Assembly (NCBI GenBank): GCA_951406725.2
Contig: OX597827.1
Span: 44,082,001 to 44,146,000 of the forward strand
Direction of reading: 5' to 3'
Origin: Octopus vulgaris
Lineage: Eukaryota
Length of the DNA: 64,000 nt
Shown piece by piece: positions 55,866 through 64,000 of this stretch. The number at the start of each line of letters is the position of its first letter. The first letter of the stretch is position 1. Made by a program: the position numbers and the translations under genes. The notes beneath the pieces were generated by a model that was given only the letters and a program-made list of their open reading frames with translations, was not told the DNA's origin and did not search any database.

Positions 55866-56324
55866 TATATATTAGCATTCCCCTGAGAGACTGTAGCAAA
55901 GTGTGAAACAGTCAGACAGGCGCAAAACATGAAAAGTATAAAAGTAATGTCTACATTCCTGTATTTTCTTCACAGCTAGGCCTTCTAATAATGAAATTTA
56001 CTTCAGTAATTCTGATTCAAGCTGTATTGTACATAAAATACGTATCATTTAATAAACGTTCCGTCGCCAAAAGCATAAATATGCAAATTAGGCTGTCCAC
56101 TACGATGATAACCTAATTTGTGACTGTGATGTATGTGGCTTCATATTTTATGCAACTGGCTGGGGGAGGAAACCAAATACTTTTTGATGAAAATCGGTGA
56201 ACAAATTATGAAACAGTCTGTCAGAAGACTCTCCCGCTCTTCCCCCCATGTATCAAAAGCATAGAAGTTTTTACATTTCATATACATCTGCGTGTGTATG
56301 TGTGTGTTCGTGTATATTTGCATC

Positions 56325-56361
<37 letters not shown>

Positions 56362-56489
56362 ATATACGTATATATATATAATCATATTAATATTATATGA
56401 AGATGTTTATAACTGCCGTGGGGAAAATTCAAATGAGAAGGAACAAGACTTCCTTCATTGTAGTGTTAAGGTTGGAGACAGTGCTGAAA

Positions 56490-56860
56490 AGTGGTGGTGG
56501 TGGTGATGGTGGTGGTGGAGGTGGTGGTGGTCGTGGTGGTCGTGGTGGTGGTAGTCGTCGTCGTCGTCGTTGTGACGGCAGAAGCGCACATAACTATGGC
56601 AATGGTGTTAACGATGATGTGGTGTTAATGATGATGCTGGTGGTGATGACAGCGAGCATGGCGGTGGTGGTGGTGGTGGATTGGTTGTTGTTGTTGTTGT
56701 TGTTGTTGTCATCGTCATCGTCGTCGACGCCATGGTAACAGTAGTTAGTGGTCGTGTCAAAGACGTTGAAAGCAACGGTGGACGTAGCGGCGATGATAAT
56801 GGTAATCTTGACAATGACGATGATAACGATGACAATGATGATGATGATGACGATGATGAT

Positions 56861-56900
<40 letters not shown>

Positions 56901-56992
56901 AATGATGAAGACGACGACGGTGATGATTATGCTAATGATGAATAATGGTAGTAGTAGTAATGGTGGTGGTGGTGGTGGTGGTAGTAGTAGTG

Positions 56993-57036
<44 letters not shown>

Positions 57037-57265
57037 CGTCGTCGTCGTGTTGGTGGTGGTGGTGGTGGGTGGTGGTGGTGGTGGTTGTCGTCGTCGTCGT
57101 AGTAGTGGTGGTGGTGGTCGTCGTCGTCGTCGTCGGGGTAGTGGTGGTGGTGGTGGTGGTGGTGGTGGTGGTGGTGGTGGTGGTGGTGGTGGTGGTGGTG
57201 GTGGTGGTGGTGGTGGTGATGGTGGTGGTGGTAGTGGTGGCGGCGGCAACGGCAATGATGGTGGT
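56490..57265. repeat. Compound (GGT/GAT/AGT/GTC)n tract
   Basis: Direct triplet runs. Confidence 0.9.
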
Positions 57266-57757
57266 CAAGCAAAGCCAACCATAACATTGAAATGAGACAT
57301 GAATATTTTAACCGACATTTTATATTCTGGCAACGCCGTTAATTGATTGACCGAGGCGGTTGGATGGCTGGATGGCTGGATGGCTTAATATGGCGGTTTG
57401 AGGAAAGTTTTGGACGCTTTCGTTTATATGGCTCCTGTTGCTGCGGCTACTGCTGCTGCTGTTGCTGCTGCTGTTGTTCTTGTTGTTGCTTTTGGTAGTG
57501 GTGATGGTGGTGGTATTTTTTATAGCACATATGTATGTGTGCGTGTATATATGTGTATGCATGTATGTATGTATGTATGTATGTATGTATGTATGTTTGT
57601 ATGTATGTAGCTATCTATGTGCATGCGTGTGTGCATTTGTATGTATCTATCTGTCAGTCTATCTATCTGTCTATCTATCTATCTATCTATCTCTATCTCT
57701 CTCACTCTCTTCATATATATATATATATATATATACATATGTGTGTGTGTAAGTATA

Positions 57758-57809
<52 letters not shown>

Positions 57810-57882
57810 GAATAATTCATTACATATGCAAAGTTACGTGTATGTGAGTGTGTACGTGTGCGTTTGCGTAACTGTTAACTGG

Positions 57883-57926
<44 letters not shown>

Positions 57927-57961
57927 CATACATATATACATACATATATACATACATTCAT

Positions 57962-57994
<33 letters not shown>

Positions 57995-58375
57995 CATATA
58001 TATAAATACACTCACACACATACAAACAAACACACACATACACTATACATACACATACATTCATGCACATACAGACACACGAACGTATACATTTATTGTT
58101 CATTAACTTTACGCGGATCTGTGTTGTATGTGTTTGCATTTTACATTGTCTTTTTTTTCGTCTTTCTCTTCCTTTAGCTTCCCCCATATTTATTTTATTT
58201 TATTTTATTTTTTGCTCTTCTTCTTATATTCGCTTTGCTTAGCGAATTTCTTGTTCGCGTTTTTTCGCTCGTTTTTTTTTATTTTTTTAATTTATCGTCT
58301 TCTCTCTTTGCTGTTCATGTTGTCGCCACTGTTGCTGCTGTTAGTGTTGGTGCTGCTGCTGTTGTTGTTATTGTT

Positions 58376-58411
<36 letters not shown>

Positions 58412-58516
58412 GCCCCACGGTTGCGGTGTGGAGTGAAACAGAGATGCAAAATCTGGAGAAAGAGAGAGAGAGAGAGATAGAGAAAGACAGAGACGATGCG
58501 AGAGAGCGTGCTGGTG

Positions 58517-58561
<45 letters not shown>

Positions 58562-58571
58562 GTGAGTGAGT

Positions 58572-58602
<31 letters not shown>

Positions 58603-58800
58603 AAACACATACACACGTACATACAGCCACTCACGCACACAAAAATGCATATACATACATACATACATACATATATATATATATACATATATGTATGTAT
58701 ATATATATAAATATACATATATGTATATATATGTATATATATATACATGCATGCATATATATATATATATGTATATATATATATGCATGCATATATATGC

Positions 58801-58847
<47 letters not shown>

Positions 58848-58871
58848 TATCATAGAAATGTACTTATAAAG

Positions 58872-58902
<31 letters not shown>

Positions 58903-58925
58903 TGTATTAGTGCTGATATATATAT

Positions 58926-58957
<32 letters not shown>

Positions 58958-59384
58958 CCACATATAAGCACAACGGCCACGCAAAGAATACAATGGGCGT
59001 TTTCGACAGTCTATGAGTATGTGTGTGCGTGTGTGTGTGAGCTCCTGGTTGTTCATGTCTGTATTAGTCTATACCATATGTGGAATGTTTATATATATAT
59101 ATATATATAAACATATACATATATATTTATATAAATATGTGCACACACATATATATATATATATATATTATTACATATATATGTATGTATGTATACATAT
59201 ATATGTATGTATATATATATGTATGCATATGTATGTATGTATATATGTATGTATGTGTACATTATGTGTAGGTGTACGTGACGTGAGTAAGTACACTCGA
59301 ACTCTCCTTGACTCAGAGAGAAAAAAAGCTAAGCAATATCAATCTGAAAATAAAGAACAAAGGGAACATAAACGGATATATACA

Positions 59385-59439
<55 letters not shown>

Positions 59440-59753
59440 TTACATATATATGAGTGTGTATATATAGACATACATATACATCTATATACATATGTATTAC
59501 ATATATATATATACACACACGCGTACACACATACACATGCAGATACTAATGTGTGTGACCCTATAGCACTATGTAAGCGTGTATACGTGCGTATATGTGT
59601 GTTTGTGTGTGAATAAGTGTGAGGTTTACACGCATAATTATATATTATTTATAATTACTTGTGGGGTTTCCTTTGTTTTTTGCCATATCTATATCTGTAT
59701 ATAAATTAATATATGCATACACACACACATACATATGTATATATATACGTGTG

Positions 59754-59813
<60 letters not shown>

Positions 59814-60458
59814 TACAGATATATTTTTGTATACGTACGTTTGTTTGTATGTATATATATATATATATATATACATATATATACGTACATATATATATGT
59901 GTGTGTGTGTGTACACAAACACGCATACATAGATATATATATAAATATATACATATGTATACGTATATATGTGTGGGTATGTCATTTATACAGTAATGCC
60001 ATACAGTTAAATAAAAAGACAGAGAGAGTGAGAGAGAGAGAAAAGTGAGAGAGAGAGAAAATTGAGAGAGAGAGAAAAGTGAGAGAGAGAGAAAAGTGAG
60101 AGAGAGAGAGTGATTCACAGCTCTCCTGAGACAATTAATTCTCAGATTATCTATGCACACAAACTGTATAACGTATATATATATATGTGTGTATGTATAT
60201 ATAATATATGTATATGTTATATACACACATACACACACATTTATACATATATATATATACAAGTAAACACACGCATATATGTGTGTGTATGTGTGTTTGT
60301 GTTTGTTTGTGTGTGTCTGTGTGTGTGTGTAATGGGAAGGAAAAGATTGTGCATTTACCAATGAATAAACCGTGCTAGAAGTTTTGATTATTATGATAAT
60401 TATATTCCTGTGTGTGTTATGCCAGCAGACATGTGTGAATATGAGCAACTATGCATGG

Positions 60459-60524
<66 letters not shown>

Positions 60525-60739
60525 GCTTATATATATATATATACATTTATATATACATGCCAGTATATGTGCGTATGTGTGTGTGTGCTAGCGTGTGTGT
60601 GTGTGTGTAATATTATGCATGTACATATACACTCGCATACTTCGAAGAATGTAAATATTTAGAGACATAGAGACACCGCATAAAACACACCATCGTCATC
60701 GGGAGACCATTACCATACCTAACACTACCGTGTATACAC

Positions 60740-60780
<41 letters not shown>

Positions 60781-60881
60781 TATAAATATATGCAAACACG
60801 TATACACATGTATACACGTATATATATATATATATATACATATATATAAATATATGCAAACACGTATACACATGTATACAC

Positions 60882-60930
<49 letters not shown>

Positions 60931-60940
60931 TCTTTGAGGT

Positions 60941-61328
60941 TATAAGAGATAATGGTGTCATTGAGACCCAAAGGTGTCAGTTAATGCTGAATAAGTGCTA
61001 TAGACAGACCATAGTTAAGATCCAGATTCGGTAATATTGCGAATAAAGGGTTCAACGTTGGTTCTATGTCAGCGTGTGTATATATGATTTTTTTGCGTAA
61101 TGAGATAAAAAAAAAACCAAGGCTGTATAGATATTAGAGCACTTAAAGATAGAAGGTCTTACAGCTGTTTCTAGAATATTAATAATAATATCCCTTCATC
61201 GGAGACAGTGTGATAGGAAAAATTAAGTCGTGGGTATTATTAATATTCTAGAATATTCTGTAAGACCGTCTATCTCTAAATGCTCTAATATCTATACAGC
61301 CGTGATTTTTTTATCTCATTACGTAAAA
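60941..61328 (-). mobile_element. pLTR-like repeat with ~95-bp-arm foldback (61091-61328)
   Basis: Shares CATTGAGACCCAAAGGTGTCAG...GGTTCAACGTTGG...CGTAATGAGAT with 41340-41660. Inverted arms are directly visible. Confidence 0.75.
61156..61206 (-). ncRNA. Hammerhead motif (U4C variant)
   Basis: Minus strand: GTCT CCGATGA A GGGATA...TATTCT A GAAA CAGCTG TA AGAC. Stem III is palindromic and the site is GUA. Confidence 0.6.
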
Positions 61329-61844
61329 CATTCATATATACATACATATATATATAGTTATACACACATAAACACTGAGGCATTTGTATAAAGTTACTCA
61401 TCACATGAGGTTTAGACGCATATATATGCATATATATGTGTGTGCGTGTGTGTGTGTGTGTACGTGGGCGCGCGAATTTAAAAATATGCTCGTCTTACCT
61501 CTAGGAAGAACGCCCGAGAAATGGACAACCTAATACTCGAGCTTCGAACTTTTCAGAATACCTTTGTTATCGTAATACTGATTGGCGCTCGTCAGCTAGG
61601 TCCACCGAAAGGAACAAATTTATAATATCCGCTACATCAATACCTGCATATTCGACCCACAGTCTCAGCCGTAAACAGAATCTTTACGGTGCTTTATGTC
61701 GCTGGAAAATAATATTATTGTATTGTAATCATATATATATATATATATATGGCGTAATATTAATGTATTGCAACTATATATATATATATATATATATGGA
61801 AAAAAATCAAGATAAAAAATGCTAAAATAATTTTATAAAAAACA

Positions 61845-61886
61845 TTTCAGTACCGGTTTCAGTCATTGAGACTTTTTCAACTGTAA
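61845..61886 (-). ncRNA. Minimal hammerhead ribozyme, U3-A8 core variant
   Basis: Minus strand: TTACAG TTGAAAA AGTC tcaat GACT GAAA CCGG TA CTGAAA. Stem II is a perfect 4 bp, stem III is ACCGGT and the site is GUA. Confidence 0.65.
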
Positions 61887-62124
61887 GTATGGAAGACAAT
61901 TAAATTTTGGAAAAATTAAAAGAAAAGTTTTTTAAAAAGAATATTTGCATAGTGTTCAAATACAAGTGGCATTTTCCTTGTTTCTGCCTGTCTCTGTCTC
62001 TCTTGTTTACTCTTGTGGGTTCGAGGTCTTGTGGGTTCGACGCCATATATATATATGGCGTCCTTCCTAGAGATAAGACGAAAATATTTTATATTCGCCG
62101 CACGCACACATCTTTCTACGTTTT

Positions 62125-64000
62125 ATAGAAAAACAGAACACAAAAACAAGTGTATGGACAACAAGCAACTGTGTTAGTTTGACGCTCGGGAAAATGAAAA
62201 ATTTCATTTACATTTCGAGCCTACGCTCCTCAACAGAAAGGAATAGTAGAAAATAAATACAGAGAGATTGAAAAAAAACTTGTAGATTTCAGCGGCCCAG
62301 CATGGCGGATGATTGGGCGAAAAAGTTTGAAGGAAAGGGAGATAATAACAAAAAAGAGGTTGAAAGAAAGGGAGATAATGAAGTGCTGACGATCCCAAGA
62401 GAAGGTGTGCGTACGTGTGTGCGTGTCTGAGAATGGTGTGTGTGGGAGTGTAAGTGTGTGAGAGTATAAGTGTGTGTGTGGGAATAGGGGCGAGTGACTC
62501 TGACGTGTTTGAGAGTGTAAGCGTGTAAATGTGTGCGTGTGTAACGTCTGTGTTTTATGTGTAGCAGTTGAGGCGTGCTTTTTCACGTAGTGTATGCACA
62601 TGTGTGTATGTATGTCTGTGTGTCTGTGATCAGTGTGCTTGTGTGTGGTGTAGATATGTGGGTGAAAGTAATCTTTGTCTATGTATGTTGGCCTGTTGCG
62701 TGTGTATGTATATATAGCCTGTATTCAAGTACTATGTGCTTGTGTGGGTGTGGTATTATATATTGTCTATGTTCAGGCATTATGTGCTTGTGCGAGTGTG
62801 CATGATGGTGTGTGGTGTTAATACTGAGTTAAACAGTGTGTGTAGTTGCTCATATAGTGGTATGTGTGGTGACGCTATTGAAGATTGAGTGTGGGTGTGT
62901 GGATGAAGGTGTGTCGTGTGGATGCTGGGAAGGGATCAGTGCTAGTGTGTGGAGTGGTGTGGGTGGTATTAAATGAAGAGAGGAGGTGAGGTAGGTGTCA
63001 GATGAAGAGAGGAGGTGAGTTGAGCCCATGTGACGCAAAGGAGCGAAGAGAGAAGATTAATTCTTGTTCACAGCGAAGGCGGCCATCCGGATAGCACAAG
63101 TACAAAGACAGTCCGAACGCAGACAAATGTTGTAGCGAATGACTGGTAGAGCGGAAATAGCGCGAAACCGGAATGTCATTGCTTATGTCTCTGAAGTGCT
63201 CCGTGAACCGGCCAACCGAGTTGCGTCCCGTTTGACTGATGTACAGAAAAGGACAGAGAGAACAGGAGATCCAAGTAAATTACCTTACTAGAAGTGCAGA
63301 TAAAGGAGTCAGTGATATAATAGGGACAATGGTAGGTGCCTGTGAGGATGATGGTGTGGGAGAAGTAAGGGCAAGTGCGACAGCGTGAGCGGGAGCAGGG
63401 GAACGAGCCAGGCTGAGAGATGGGGTTAGGGAAGAAACTGTGGACCAGGAGGTTACACAGGTTATGAGCTCGTTTGAAAGAGATAAGGGGTAGGTTGTGG
63501 AAGCTGTACGAGATGGAGTGGCGGGTAGGAGTCGCCGGAAGTCTCTGATAATGGTGCATTGGAGTGGCAGGGTGGAAGGGTGGCAAGTTAGGGGAAACGG
63601 GAGACAAGCAACGGCGAGCGGTGTGCGAGAATAAAGAGCAGAGGCATGACCCAGAGATCATGCCCTGGTGAGGGGAGATCTACATAGGATGAAGTGATGA
63701 GTCATGAGTTAAGACTGAGTCTCAAAGTCATGGTTGTCACTGCAGAGCCTGCGCAGACTGAGGAATTGAAAATAGGGGATGGAGAGCTTGGGGTGGGTAG
63801 AGTGGGTGGAGGAGAAGTTGAAGTAGGAGTGTGAGCCAGTATGTTTGTAGTGGATGGAGGTAGTGAGAGCAGAATGGTGTATTCTGAAAGAAATGTCGAA
63901 AAATTTGACTGAAGTGTTAGAGATAGTGCAGGAGAATTCGAGGGCAGGATTGAAGGATTGGACAAAAGAGAATAAGGAGTCTAGTTGTTCGCGGGAGAGT
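62125..64000 (-). mobile_element. Penelope-like retroelement (RT thumb + Cys-rich linker + GIY-YIG), degenerate, runs off window end
   Basis: Minus strand: FVQSFNPALEFSCTIS..SVKFFDI...TSIHYKHTGSHSY...SIPYFQFLSLRRLCS, then CSRSRCRTCP...FICTSSKVIY/ISCSLC..LYISQTGR...RFTEH...EQELIFSL...HGLN. The stop is at 62998. Confidence 0.9.
62205..62240 (-). ncRNA. Degenerate minimal hammerhead in 3' region of PLE
   Basis: Minus strand: CTTT CTGTTGA G GAGC gtag GCTC GAAA TG TA AATG. It carries an A6U change. Confidence 0.45.

Overview
This is repeat-saturated eukaryotic DNA, AT-rich and full of microsatellites. It is probably an octopus (cephalopod) intergenic or intronic region, which I infer from the SINE families and microsatellite density. 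No host protein-coding gene can be supported, and nearly all ORFs in the supplied track are translations of simple repeats. Recognisable coding relics all come from transposons: three Penelope-like (PLE) RT/GIY-YIG fragments, three R4/Dong-type restriction-like-endonuclease LINE ends in (TAA)n, a full-length mariner interrupted by a young CR1-group LINE, an RTE 3' end and a Tc1 N-terminus. There are also three tandem non-autonomous Helitrons carrying piggyBac and mariner fragments, hAT and mariner MITEs, and many tRNA-derived SINEs. The main hidden signal is a dense set of minimal type I hammerhead-ribozyme motifs, about 12 complete and 2 half motifs found by eye on both strands, mostly with palindromic stem III. 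Two show compensatory swaps of the C3-G8 core pair (G3-C8 and U3-A8). Three lie downstream of PLE ORF relics, two lie inside ORF-less ~1.2-mer direct-repeat units resembling retrozymes, and most of the elements carrying them end in (TA)n tracts. All folds and counts were read manually and need computational confirmation.
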